Source: Marsupella aquatica
Taxonomy: Eukaryota > Plantae > Marchantiophyta
Assembly (NCBI GenBank): GCA_973895155.1
Contig: OZ316893.1
Coordinates: 26,772,798 to 26,836,797, forward strand
Direction: 5' to 3'
DNA: 64,000 bases
Part shown: positions 24,713 through 37,701 of the stretch, piece by piece
Position numbering within the stretch: the stretch's first letter is position 1
Layout of the letters: each line of letters begins with the position of its first letter
The notes under the pieces: generated by a model
What the model was told of the DNA's origin: nothing
What the model saw: only the letters and a program-made list of their open reading frames with translations
Database searches by the model: none
Translations under genes and position numbers: made by a program

Positions 24713-25945
24713 GAGTAAGCAGTCAACTATTTTGGAATGAACCACACTAACATCCTATCATCAGGTAGAGATTTGCTCAATATGGCAGATACTATCATAG
24801 CACCGGTCCTTATTCATAATCAATAGCGTAAATACTAAAATGAGGTGTTTACACCCGATAAAAATTCAATCAATGATCCACTATAATTGTGAGTTTTTAT
24901 TGCAATCAGTAAAGGCCATTCTTACTCACATTATGTCTAGATTCCATCTCTTTTCAGTTGTCTCTCTGCTGGCACCTTTGCCACATCTAACGAGAAATGA
25001 ACTACAGTAGTGTATCCATTCTATGAGTGCTCCCACAATTATGTTCCCTTCTTTGTGCCTTGTTCATAATATTCCTGTATCTTTAACTTTCTTGAACAGA
25101 TCACTGACAGGTTGGACATGTTCCCACATCTGGTGTCAGAATTTTGCAAGTACTTTCTACAACGAAGGGACAATATCATGTTAGTACCGTGCTAGATTAT
25201 AGACCAGGAATATCACTTTCCCAGTCCACAGTACACAGGTGTGATTTGTGATGGTCCTCAATAGGACCCTTTTTTCAAAGAAAAAATAGTGAAACCTCCT
25301 TGTCTTGGTCTTCCATTGCTTTCACCATAAGCCTTTAAGGTAGTTCCATGCCTCTTTTGACTTTGGATAAATAAACTGGAGTAAATATTCATGGGTAAGA
25401 ATTCATAGCTCTGTAGATTAGGTGCACAGAAGTTTTTCTGACTTGAATCTGAGAAAAGATCCGCCCATCGTTAGACTATCATCTTTGGAGCATGGAACAG
25501 AGCTAATTTGCACAGGAATTGCCTCACATTTCTTTGGCCTATATTCTTCCATGGACTTGTCGCCAAGTCATGTACTCAGCTCTTTCTACTGCCAATATCT
25601 ACTGTTGGTTGAGGTATTGCCCTAGGTTTAAGTTTCTGTCGGTCTATACTCCTAAAGTGCATAGTAGATGTATGGTGATAAACCCTGTCGTATCTTTCAA
25701 ATGGGTCCATTTTTGTGGTGAGTTGTTGGTACCATTTTGCATTTTCTTTGAATGGATGCCCTTCTAATTTCACCTAAGCTATTCATAATTATGATGATTG
25801 GCGCTTGGTGGGCAACTCCTCAGGTTCCAGATTTCCTGGGTCCCACAATTGTTGGGTTTTGAGATTGGAACTTCCATTCCTAGATTGTCGTGTCCTCTCT
25901 AATTGGCTTTAAGTGGCATACACTCTTGATACTTTCGCTAGATCT

Positions 25946-26025
25946 TCTCACAAAATCATTGGCAGCTTAGGTTGCTTTGCAATTTTCTCACAAAATCATT
26001 GGCAGCTTAGGCTGCTTTGCAATTC
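25946..26025. repeat. Tandem duplication of about 40 bp
   Basis: ttctcacaaaatcattggcagcttagg(t/c)tgctttgcaatt appears twice. Confidence 0.9.
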
Positions 26026-26299
26026 TCTCATAAGCCCGTTACTTGCCTGGGAATGGGATAGTTTTGCACCATGTCCCATGAAATCGGCCACCATCTATGA
26101 TCAACAATGTCCAGGCACAATTTCCCAAACCAGCTTCAGTTATGATTTTTCCTTTGTCACCCATGCATTTTTGTCACTCCAACCTCTATTTTCATGCACT
26201 AGTTTTGGTGTCCTAGTGCATGTCAATCGATCTATCTCCTCCTCATTGGGACCGGTTCATGGATGATCCTATGGCTAGCTGTCTAGCCTAGAAAAGTAA

Positions 26300-27400
26300 A
26301 CTTTTACAACAAAAATGATCTCCGTTTGAACATGGAGGATAATATGAGCCACATAGCCTCCCTTCCTGTGGGATATCGTGGGTTCCATTGAAAAACAAAA
26401 GAGCCACAATAGCTGTAGGTCAAATATGTGAACATAGAACATTGGTAGAGCAATGGCTACAAAGATAGGCCTCTAATTCAAGGTCCTAGTTGTGCACATG
26501 AAGCTGAATTTGTTAAAAACTCACCCCCAAATGGAGAACAGCATCCCCCAAGTGTTTCAAGAGACATGGTTTGGGAACGCTTAGCTAATGATTGCTGGTC
26601 TTGACATCAGAAAGATCAGGCATCTCTCATCTCAACCCCACTTAGGGTGACTTCAACCAGGAAACTAACCAACCACCCTTTTCTTCCCCTTGCGTGCCAC
26701 AATCCCCTAATCATGAGCTCACATACTAGTCTATTGGTAGACTTGCAGTGGATCTCAATGTGATCTCTTGCTCTTGATTGCTACGTGAAGGTACTCACCT
26801 CATATATGCTTCACGGACAGTCACCCAAGACCAACTTTGGTCCCTTATGAGTTCAAACCAAAAGGCTTAATCAGATTTGTTGTCCTGCCCTCAAATGTCT
26901 ATGTAGACATTGGAATGCTGATTGCAACAGTATCTCACAGTCTCTAACAAAATTTGGGGCAAAAGTTATGCTGAGTGAGCCCCAGTTCCCATGCCTTGCC
27001 TCCATGGCTGGAAAGTTATTACAAGATGGGCTTTTTGTGATATCCTTGTAGCTTTTTTAAAAGTAGCTCTAAACCAATGACACATAACATTTTTTGAATT
27101 TTTGAACTTTTATGCCATATAAGGTTTTATTAAGTCTTCTCCTGGTCTTCTCCAAAACTGAATAAGAACTCTAAGCTCCTTTTCATGTGATTGGCCATTT
27201 CCATCGAAGTGAGAACCCTGTGATAGAGACTACAACTATATCTTGATACTTATGAATATTGACACTCTTTGTCATGCATCAACCTCATCTAGACCTGGTT
27301 CAAGCTCTTCCAAATGCATATTTGTCACCATGACACTTGCCAAGAGAGACAGGTGGCAAGATTTATAAAGTGCTGCGTGGATTTGATGGATTTGGTCAAG
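26300..27400 (+). mobile_element. Highly decayed LINE endonuclease (APE) remnant
   Basis: GDFNQ motif (ggtgacttcaaccag, about 26646), followed at plausible spacing by an RL-x-RF-like remnant at about 26865. No long ORF. Confidence 0.3.
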
Positions 27401-27509
27401 ACTTTACTTTCTCATATTTGTAGTTAGTATCTTCACAAGAAGATTCTTACACAGTTTGCTTGAGTGTGAGGTAAAGCCCTCCCTTAATTGAGGGCGGTCT
27501 CCTATTGCT

Positions 27510-27770
27510 GTAAAACAGTTTTTAAGTACTTTGCCACTGAAATATCTAGAATTACAACTGTTTTTTGTATTATTTATAATACTGCCACAGTTTTACAACC
27601 TGGATGCAGTACAATGAAGAATGTTACACAGACAACAAATTCACTAAGGTGATTGGATAGAAACTGTGCCACTATTCTAAAAACTTAAAAAACAGTGGCA
27701 ATATTGTAATTCCAAGCAACTTTAGTGGCAACTTAATTGAACACTGTTGAAGTAAGTGCTTGAGGGTTAT
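27510..27770. mobile_element. Foldback/MITE-like element with diverged inverted repeats of about 85 bp
   Basis: aacagt...ttgccactgaaa...gaattacaa...ctgttttt...aatactgccacagttt (27514-27595) is the reverse complement of aaactgtgccactatt...aaaaacag...ttgtaattcc...tttagtggcaa...actgtt (27661-27748). Confidence 0.55.
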
Positions 27771-28254
27771 ATAGTTTGGAGCACTCTCGACAAAGGAGGG
27801 AATAACATTGCTTTAAATATTGACTAAGAATCTATAAACTCGGTTTCAGTTTAAACCGTGAATCCTTACACAGGCCTGGATTGCATTCTGTATTTAAAGA
27901 ATACTTGTTTCTCCTGAAAAAGCTCTTTCAAATTCATGAGGGAAAAAGTTGGGCTGTGCTTTAAAAGTACACAACAATTTCCTGAAATAACTGAATGAGA
28001 ATCAAGCCAAGACAAATGTAAATATAAATGTGCCCAACAGTCCAGCCAGTACACAGTCCATATGCTTGATGGACCCCCAATTAAAGTTTTCTTCCAACTC
28101 CCCATGAGTTTTTGGGTACTTTGATTTAAGGTCTGTCAATGGTCTGGATCACTTGTGAAGTCCATCAAATAACACTTTTTTTATTTTTGGGGTCCATCAA
28201 GCATATAGCTTTATATTATTTAACACAATTCACCATTATAGATGCACTGTGCTT

Positions 28255-28442
28255 CAACACTAGGAGTCTAGTCAAACTCGGTAAACCAACTCCAGTATCA
28301 AACGTACATTTATTTGTATTCTAAAATTGCCATCTTCTACAGCTCCTCGTCAACACTAGGAGTCTACTCAAACTCAGTAAACCAGCTCCATTATCGAACT
28401 TACATTTATATTCTAAACCTTGCTCTTCTTCTACCTCTCGTT
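28255..28442. repeat. Tandem duplication of about 95 bp
   Basis: caacactaggagtcta.tcaaactc.gtaaacca.ctcca.tatc.aac.tacattta appears twice. Confidence 0.9.
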
Positions 28443-30780
28443 GCCCACACGCATGATTCTCGTCAATGGGGCCATGTTTCCTACAATTATGGACACACGT
28501 GAGGACTGCTCTGTGGGTTTTGCCTTGCAGGACACAGATTGCGCGTGGCTGACTTTGTTCTGTAAGAGGGCGTTTCGAAAAGATGATCTGTCCAAGAAAG
28601 GGGAAAAAGGTTGATCACAGAGGAGAGAATGGGTTTTGCTTCCAATGTAGACATGTAGTCTTCGACTTTCTGACCTTTCAGCTTATCTCTCTCTCTCTAG
28701 GCTTAACCGTTTCAGCTTTATCAGAGCAATTCATTCGAGGGTCAACCGTTAGAAGTCAAGACTCGCATGGTGAGTGAGTGACTGCTCACCCTCTCAACAC
28801 GAAGTGACCTGATCATGCTTGATTGGAATGATCCCAATTCGTCGTGGAGGACAGCTGAATCTGCTAAGAAATCCCATCACATCGAGCGCTTCGATCCAAG
28901 AGATCCATGGGCCAAACAGAACTCGTCAGATGATGGGAAATTGTAGTGTCAAGTAAGCTGTGTGGGAAACTTCCTGTCCTGTAGTGCGTATTTATTCTTT
29001 GGGGACAGAGCTCGGGACAGAGCCACATCTCATGCTGGACCCCTCGCTTTCTCTTGCTGCGATCATCGACAAACCACGACTGTGCTGCAAGCTAAGCGTG
29101 CTAACTTTTGTCCACTGATTAGATTCCGCAGGGAAGAGGAAATCGTCAAACCCATGAGCGTATGTGCTGTCAAACTTCAGTTTCTGATTAAATTATCGGC
29201 ACACTTTTGGATCACTGATGCAAAGTACTCACCTCACCTGCCTCCCACCCAAGATCTGCAATTTGCTGGCCTTCAGTTGACTGTGAAACCTTGTGCCTAA
29301 GGTCGATATCTTTTGCGAGAGGACTTTGTTAGAGCCAGGAATGATTGGATTTGTGACAGAGAGTTCATGCTGGCAACGTATGAACAACTGGTCTGAACGC
29401 AATGTCTTTTCAATAATATCATGAACGTGACAAAGGGTTGAGCCCATGCGGCCGAATCCAGTGCAGAGCACATTGGTTATCGTGGGCGGAATTCTCGACA
29501 GTAAACACGCCCCTTCTTAGAGGGAACAGATTAAAATCTTGCAAACCTTCTGGTAAATTTCCAATTTCGATTGAGCTTGTGTTCTTGTAAAGCAGTTCAA
29601 GTTTTCCATGGCTCTGCCATGAGACATGAAAACTGTTCACCAATCTTGATATTGCTGAATCAATGATGACTATGGGTATGACAACTGAAAACCATGTTAC
29701 AAAGGCCTCTGATTTTTGATCGATCGTTCATCTTCGCATCAGAGGATGTAGAGTTGCTAGCTTTCATCTTGGGAATCTCTGACTAGGTGCATTTGAGTTT
29801 TATAAATAATGTCCAAGTTTTTATAACAACTGCATGTCTTACCCAGTCAGAGTGACAATATCCTTGATGATAACAATGGCCGGTGGAATGTACGTATGTA
29901 AGCTACTTGACAGTCATCCACTTCTTGGCACAAAAGCAAAACAAGTTTACCCTCCACAATCATAATATTATCCATCATTAGGGGGTGTTGAGTCTGAAGT
30001 GCCACAGAAAGATCCGCAACCCACGAAGTGTGAGTTGCAGACTCTGGTCGCAAGGTTTTGCAAGCCAGCCACTCCAGGAAAATTAAGGTGTGTGACCGTG
30101 ACCGGAGCCAAAACCCAGAGAGTTGAGATGCCCTATTAACTAGAGCAATTATTGGAATGGACTGTCTTGGTCACCTGGAAGACCATCCTTTAATCATCTT
30201 AGCTAGGATATAAACCACCACTAACAAAGAGTGCTTGTTCACATGGCAAATAGACTGGGTGATCCTTCATCTTCATGTTAGCCTTGGCTTGGATCAAGTG
30301 TAAACAAATACCAGAATGGCATTGGTCTCGTCCTTAAACCACCACTAGCCATGACAAAAGCCTGGTTACACCAGGTTTCACCATACATAGTATCCTTTCC
30401 TGAATTGTGGAGCAATGTGGAACCGGAGAGGAGAAGAATAAGAGGACAGTGAAAAATGGAGAAGTCTTGGACATTTCCCCCTTTTATATGGCTAGTCACA
30501 ATTTAAAGTGTCACTGTCCCCAAGCAAAACCTGGTGGATCTAGGTTACTAAAATGAGTGAATAATGTTCTCAAAAAAGTAATTAAATGCACCATTTTTTG
30601 TCCTCCCCAACCCTGCTCACTCTTTCCAAACCATTTTAACCCTGGTTTAATTGGTTAACTCCTCAAAACTAGGACACCCCTGTTGCTTCTTGGAGAAGGT
30701 CAAGATAATCATTTTGGCTAGTACAATGTGGAATAATACAAACACTGACGCATCTATATAACTTATAAAGGTACAAGTAA

Positions 30781-31153
30781 GAGCATCTCCACGGTTACTA
30801 GATTGGTCTACTGTGACACTATGGTGACCAAACCAAGTGAGGTTCAACAAAAAAGGCAACCCCAATGGGTTACTCTAACTCATTCATTTCTGACCATACT
30901 GGGTTTTTTGGTTACTGGATCTGTATATGAGCTGCTCTATAGCAGATTGACTGAATATAGTATTTCCTGGGTTCTCCAAGATCCAATGATTAGCATCCAA
31001 GGGTGCATATGTCAGGAGATACTAAAAAACCCATAACCATTGGGCTTGCTTTTTGACATATCATTTTTGCTACTTAATGCAACCTAAAAAAGACAACCTT
31101 TAAGGTTATATTTAATGTATACAGCAATAAATAGTACACAGTTGGAGATGCTC
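30781..31153. mobile_element. Tourist-like (PIF/Harbinger) MITE, 373 bp
   Basis: Perfect 11-bp TIRs, GAGCATCTCCA (30781-30791) and TGGAGATGCTC (31143-31153), flanked by a TAA target duplication (30778-30780 and 31154-31156). Confidence 0.9.
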
Positions 31154-33235
31154 TAAGGGGGTCTTCTAGTAAAGCTGAGCCACAGACTCAGTCCTGAGGC
31201 ATGGATGCGGTTATACAAGTAAGAAGGATTCGAGTGAAGTAAAATGTGTATAAAATTGTCTTTGAATGCAATCCCATGTCACTCTTATACTCGTAATTGC
31301 ATGTACCCGAGTGTTTGCTAAGACAGTCAGACTCAGACTGGAAAGGTGGTAACCAATTGTACCTTTCAGTTGATTTCCTGCATCATTCAGTCTTTTGCTC
31401 AGCGAAGACCCGACCGATAATTGGGCTCAAAGTAGCTGAGATTTTCCCCCAGAGAGATGGCTGGAAGGGGAGGCAGACAGTCAGTTGTGGATTCCTGCCA
31501 ATCTCGCGCACTCCCCCAAACCTTATCTGCCATCATTATGTCGAGACAAATGGCCAACGGGTGGGGCAGGAGTACCTAGGCCCGAGTGAGTTGAGCGAAG
31601 CTAGTGCTCAGAGTGCTTGTCGAGGAAACTCCATTGTCTGCATGCCTGCCTGCCTGTATGGGCCTCGTTCGAAAAATGAGCTTTCTCATTAGATCTTCAG
31701 AGGGGGGAAATCCTTTCGTTGCCCTTCTGCATAACTTATTACTATTGAGTGGGTCAATTCTGACGCCGACCATGCCGTGCCCCACTTTTAGGGAGTCCCC
31801 TGCTTTTTTGCGAGCCCAAACTGACCGTGTGAGTCAAAGCTGTCCAGAGCCCCACCTGTCATCCTTTATTGTACCGAAGGAAATTATATTGGTCAAACCT
31901 CTGGCACGATATTGATTGATAACTTGGTCAGGCTTGCGTAAGACTGACAGTTTAGAGACTCTGTGGGGGACGCATTTTGTCCACGTTTCCCAACGTTCAG
32001 TAAAATCATTCTCAAGAGCATTGTACTAATATAGTTTTGGCCCACGATGCTCATGATGGAGCGTAAGTTGGTAATGCTGGTGCAAGATTGACCTGCCGCA
32101 TCCATGCACTAAACGTTAGAAACAGAGGGACAAGATTGACTTGCTGTATCCATCCACAAAGTTCGAAACAGAGGAGGAAGATTGACATGCTGCATCCAAC
32201 CACTTAGTTAGAAACAGAGTGCAACATTTATGAGATTGTTGTATCGCAGAACTCTATCACAAGTTGTTTTCATATGCTCTTTCTGGACACAGTCGTACTA
32301 GGATTTTTACACGACACTCATTTATAACAATTTTATGCAACATAATCAGTCTGTTCCACATCATCAGTCTCACAGGAAAATATCTTAGTTGAGGGTCAAC
32401 ACTGTTACAAGATCTACTCCAGTTAAAGTGCACCTGTTGTATTTGGGGTCACGCTGAACTTTGATGTCTGCCTTTCCAAAGATGAAGATTGCGTCTCCTG
32501 AAGTAAGAAGTATGGCGTGTGAGGACGGTTTCAATCGTGGACGTTGCATCTTTCGAAGGGTGATGCGGTACAGCCATATCTGCGCCAGGGCCCAGGGCCT
32601 TGGACGGTGGTCGAGTAGCTGCGAAGTGCAGGTGGCTGTCAACATTTGACGAATTGATTGACTGAGTGCTTCGAAAAACTCTTCCTTCATAGTCTTCGAC
32701 AAAATTTCCTGTGATGCTTTCGACTTTCCCGCTAATGTGTGTCGTCTCATTGTGGGTACGGTTAATGTTCAGAGAGAAAAAGTTTGCTTAGCATCATCCA
32801 TGAGCTCCGGATTCAGTCAGAGGGTGTTGACTGTGGAGTCCATGTTTCTCAGTCTCCATTGAGGTAATGATGAAAGACATGTGGAGCAGTGGAGGAGGAG
32901 GTTCTGACCGAAAGGAGAGGGATTGGGTGGAGTGTGGGAGGGGCGAAATCATCCTGCAAAGAACCAGTGAGTGACGCCCACGGGAGCTCCAAAGGCTGGC
33001 AATCCCTGGCAGCTCGCTCGCTTGGCTCTTGAGTTCCTCCTCGAAGCAAGAGAGAAAGCAAAGCTTCGCGTTGCATACGAGATTGCTCCTTTTTGACCGC
33101 TTCAGCTGCTGCAATGAAAAGTCGTCCTCCTTCTCTCCATTCATAGGATTTGCTCATTTTCTGGGCGTGAGAACCGTAAATCTCTCTGCATGGCAGCATT
33201 TTGGGGGCCGGAGTAGAATATGCCTTGAGAATGTA

Positions 33236-33547
33236 GCCATTAAATAATCAATCTACTCTCTGTTTGGAGGCCACTAAATAATCAAGCTACTCTCTGTTTG
33301 GAGGCCATTCAATAATCAAGCTACTCTCTGTTTGGAGGCCATTCAATAATCAAGCTATGCTCTGTTTGGGGGCCATTAAATAATCAAGCCTTGCTCTCTG
33401 TTTGGAAGCCATTAAATAATCAAGCAACCCTCTGTTTGGGGGCCATTAAATAATCAAGCCTTGCTCTCTGTTTGGAGGCCATTAAATAATCAAGCTACGC
33501 TCTGTATGGGGACCATTAAATAATTAAGCCTTGCTCTCTGTTTGGAG
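33236..33547. repeat. Minisatellite of 9 units (34/36 bp)
   Basis: Unit gccattaaataatcaagctactctctgtttggag. Units 5, 7 and 9 are the 36-bp variant (...caagccttgctctctg...) alternating with 34-bp units. Confidence 0.95.
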
Positions 33548-34095
33548 CTCTGTGAATTGGAACCGACCAGCCTACATTTTTAAAGCTTTCCTTTTTCCGC
33601 CAGGGTGGGAATGTCACCTTTTGTGAAGGACAAGATGCCAGGAGTATGTATTTGTTAATTTTCCTAGATTAATATCTGAGTGTCAGATCGTGCTGGATTA
33701 AGGATGAACGCCAGATTTTGGTTAGTAGGGTCTATGGCAGGGTGGAAAAACTGGCTAAGGGAAGACAAAAAAAGCTATAGTAGTGAGTTTTAATCAAAAG
33801 TAAGAGAAGACTTTTTAGAGAGGTGGCATCTAGCTAATTTTAGCCACTAAAAACGAGGGTAGAACCGACCCACTGAGCGTATAATTATGTCTTTTTCCAA
33901 ATTCCATGGGAGCTTTGTTACCCACTCCCACTGATATAAAATCTGATCTTGTAGCTTTGAGTTAATGACATGATTCAAGACATCATGGGCACATGTGACT
34001 TTTTTCACCAAAGTAGATTGGAGGGCCATATTTTGCTCTTAAGATAGATTCCTGACCATAAATCTTTTGAAGAGAATTTCAATATAATATAGTTC

Positions 34096-35301
34096 ATTAC
34101 CAGATCCCGTTCGCGCCGCGTTACCTTCTTTCCAGGAGTTTTTATCCTTGGATCCCGTTCGTCTTCAGGCAGACCTCGCTGGGCGTATGCACACTTTCAC
34201 CCTTTCCAGCATCCTCTCCGAGGCACCTGACACGGACCGAGCTCGGATTCTTTCTTCCGGAGGGAAGGGCGCAGGTGGATGGCTTCAGGCCAATCCAGTC
34301 ATTCCTCATTTGCGGATGTCTTCAACGGAGTTCTCCACAGCCATGCGTCTTCGTTTGGGGCTGCCCCACCCACTTCTTGCAGGTTTACCTCCTTCTTGCA
34401 CTTGTGGGAAGCCTTGTGATGCCACAGGTGTCCATCTTCTTCGGTGCAGTTTGGGAGGTGAAACCATTATTGTTCATGACGCTGTGCGAGATGTGACTGC
34501 TCAGGTTCTCTCTGGCTCTTTGGTATGCGTGCGGCGGGAGGTGGTACTCGAGTTACCTGGTCCTCCATCACAGCGGTTACGGGTGGATCTTACCATGGTC
34601 TGTGAGGGTCAACGTATTTTGGCAGATGTTGTGGTGGCAAACCCATTGCGCCAAGACATCATTGGGACAGCGGCCACTACGGCAGGGGCAGCAGCGTCAC
34701 GTGCGGCAACAACGAAGGAGGCCAAATATGCTGCACGAGCTTCATCCGACAGCTTCCTCCCCCTTGCTGTGGAGCTATTTGGGCGTCTTCATCCTCAGTT
34801 TGATGGGCTTCTTCGGCAAGCTGCCCGGGATGTTCATGGCCGAATGGGTCCCACCGGACCCCCGCTTTCTATTTTGACCTCGCACTTTCGCCAACGCATT
34901 TCAGTCACCTTACAGCGTGCTCAAGCTCGGGCCATCTATCGTCGATCTCTTACAGTGGGTGCTAGTGTGCCTCCGCAGCGGCTAGCTCCCCTTGAGGATG
35001 TTCCAATCCCACTTGCCGATCTAGTTTTGACTCTTGATGTGGACCATTAGCTTTTTGCCACAATCGGTAGGAATGATGAGGACCTCGGTCCACTTGGGTT
35101 AGTTTTAGTCTCTCTTTCTTGGTTTTTAGGGGTTCCCTATTGTTCATTTCTTACTTTTAGTTCCTCTTTCTTGGTGTTTAGTGGTTCCCTTTTGCTCACT
35201 TCTTTTTCGATTGGTTTTGTCCACTTGGGCCCTCTTTTGTTTGTTCATTTGTACTCTGTTTGGTCCCTTTGTATATATAAAAAGTGTGTATATATTACCT
35301 G
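34096..35301 (+). mobile_element. 5'-truncated CRE-like non-LTR retrotransposon with a restriction-like endonuclease; apparently young insertion
   Basis: Flanked by an exact 11-bp direct repeat taatatagttc (34085-34095 and 35302-35312). The reading frame is open from the 5' junction (LPDPVRAALPSFQEF...) to 35050. T-rich 3' UTR at 35051-35301. GC content rises sharply relative to the flanks. Confidence 0.88.
34148..35050 (+). CDS. C-terminal part of an RLE non-LTR retrotransposon polyprotein (CCHC knuckle plus PD-(D/E)xK-type endonuclease); RT missing
   Basis: Motifs in the canonical order for CRE/NeSL/R2-type RLE domains: GAGGWL, MRLRLG, CTCGKPCDATGVHLLRC (CCHC), HDAVRD, RVDL, ILADVVV, KEAKY, FLPLAVELFG, RQRISVTLQR. 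Confidence 0.85.
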   Translation: MDPVRLQADLAGRMHTFTLSSILSEAPDTDRARILSSGGKGAGGWLQANPVIPHLRMSSTEFSTAMRLRLGLPHPLLAGLPPSCTCGKPCDATGVHLLRCSLGGETIIVHDAVRDVTAQVLSGSLVCVRREVVLELPGPPSQRLRVDLTMVCEGQRILADVVVANPLRQDIIGTAATTAGAAASRAATTKEAKYAARASSDSFLPLAVELFGRLHPQFDGLLRQAARDVHGRMGPTGPPLSILTSHFRQRISVTLQRAQARAIYRRSLTVGASVPPQRLAPLEDVPIPLADLVLTLDVDH

Positions 35302-37701
35302 TAATATAGTTCGCTTATCCTAGAACATCATTAGTTATTTTGTCCTATAGCACGTAAACAATCATCTATTATATCTTAATGAGTTGTATAGAAGGCTAAA
35401 TTACTCTCAAAAGTGATAATAAAAAGTATTAAACAGGCTTGATATTTTGATATCAGATACACAAGGTCAAAATAGCAACAAGACTATAGAGTGGTGGGTA
35501 CTCTATAAAGTGCCTTTATTTTACATTTAACCGGTAATAGCCAGTACCTTTGGTACTCATTAGGCCGTTGTAGGGACTCTCCGGCTTTTCCGCTGTCTTG
35601 TCTTTTTGGCTCTTTAACCTTCCAGGGGTTTTCCTTAGATTGTTTTCCTCCCTTTATTGTCTCCTGCTTTTCGATTCATGTCTCCCACTACTGCACTTTC
35701 TGCTCTTTTGCACTCAGATATATTTGGCGGTTTTGCATGCCTGCCTTCAGCACGTTGTAGAACACTTTAATTGAGTAGAAAAATGTACGAAATCTAGCTT
35801 TGGTGCAAGTGAAGGTGGGAGTGAAGGAAGCTAATGGTACTTTGTGGACCCTCTCTTTATGTATTGTTTAATGCTTGTAGGGAAGCTAATACTACTTAAG
35901 TGCCCCGTTAACTGTTAGAAGTGAACAAAAATGGATTAGTGAACAACTCTTTGTCAATAACTTTTAACTACTTTGTCACTAAACATATTCCAATTGACAA
36001 TATTGACACTCTTTGTAATGTTTCATTGCATTCATTGCAAGAGGTTGATCATTCATTGCTTTCATTGCAAGATCCTTGTATAAAAGCATCACTAAATTAC
36101 ATCAAGTAACTCTTAATTTATTGACTAATTAAATATTTAAATAGTGTGGTAATATTTGTATATGACTCAACTTTTGATTATTGGACCTAGGCACCTTGTA
36201 TGGCAAAACTTTTGCTCCCATGACATCTGAAAATGTCCTTCATTGTCTCCATAATCTTGTTTTAGTTAAAGTCATTGTGTAAACTACAACAAAGACACAC
36301 ACCAGGGCACGTGACAAGCCCTACAATCTTAAAAATTAACTAATGAGGGACCGTCATAAATCTTGATAATTATTCATAACTTACTTACTAAGTCACTCAT
36401 TTGACGACACCAAGATCAAAGACATGATATCTAATCCAAATTAGTGAAAGTTGTGTTGGAGTGAGATCATGTGAATTGGAGATATTTTATATTATCTGAA
36501 TAGGATGATTGTATATTGCAAAGTCTAATCATTCATTGAGTGAGTAGTAGGTGCCTTATCACCAAACTAAGGCCAGGCAGGACTAAATAATGCCTCAAGT
36601 AAGATTCTTGCAAGTGTCGTGACTGGAAACTAAGGCCCCACTAATAAATTTATGTTAAATAAACTATCTAAGGCTGTTTTGAACTCTCTGACCACTATAT
36701 ATTCTGAGCTTTTAATGAAACTATCTGCTGAATTAGGCCCCACAAATGTTGTAGTCCACTACTAGCTTGATAGGCTTTCTCACTTGCTAAGAATGTCAAT
36801 AGATAGCCTCTTGCCTTGGTAGCAATATTCTTTGGAATTCCAACTAGCCCTATGACTAGGCCTTTGCGTGCTTTGAAACACCACATGACAGAGGAAACAT
36901 CTATTGTCACAGGTGCCTTGTATATTGAGTTTGATCACATTCTTCTTATCCCAAAAATTGCCCACCGCTCTTGTGGATGCCAGTCTGATTGACCACGCTA
37001 ATTCTTTGCCATAAATGGTCAAACTATTCAACAACTCACACACATGAGAATTAGTTCGAGGACCCCCTGAGACAGATAAACTTGAATACATTCAACAAAT
37101 TGGAATCAATGAAAAACTTTGTTGTTGATGCAAATAGATTAGGTTGTCCGGAATGGCATGTAAGTATCATTTATGGATAGAGGATGGAAAGAGCGAAGGA
37201 GCAAGAGAAAGAACACTGGCATTTCAGGTAGCATGGCTAGAAGAAGGGCAATTGAAAACAATCCAAGCATACCTCTGTATCCAACAATGGATTGCAAAAG
37301 CTGATGATGTCAGGAAAGCTCGAGGTGCTCCACAGCAAAAGACTGCTCCACAGAAGAAGACTCCAGGTGTTTTCTTCCGCTCCGCAATCCTTGGCTCAGC
37401 TTAATCAAAAGCTTTCTAATCACGATACTTTTCTCTCCTTTAGACTACAACAGAGAGACAATCTCACAAAAGCACCTAAACGGAATCTCCCGGTGTAGCT
37501 CGCAAAAACGCTTCTCTCTCAAGGAAGTTCTTCTGTTTAGCCTACTGTGTACACTAGCTCACAAAAACAGGAAAACACTGAACCGTTGCAAAAGAGTATA
37601 AGGGTAGCCATGAGCTTTGTCATGTTATCTCAAGTCATCAAGCTGTTCGCTTTGTCATCTCAAGCCATCTAAAACGTACCATCTACAACTGCGGTTACCA
37701 C

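Larger units (their letters stand above)
20500..33200 (-). pseudogene. Fragmented, decayed Mutator-like (DDE) transposase gene split by later insertions
   Basis: Minus-strand remnants in colinear order: DDRWGSGQL*LTRSVWARK (about 31.8 kb); IRGLCNMVFSCHTH and VLCTGF...HVHDIIEKTL (29.2-29.7 kb); RPYREQARPFSYKFSFAHALSELQVDLDIDVQNFRKV...LGFALLINQ (21039-21347); HTQKHTLQVATISPKFSGHM (about 20.8 kb). These resemble the motif order of fungal-type MULE transposases. Recognised by eye only. Confidence 0.45.

Noticed and set aside
33236-33547. CRISPR-like array (period of about 34 bp)
   Set aside because: Units are contiguous with no unique spacers, there are no cas genes, and the context is eukaryotic. 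It is a minisatellite.
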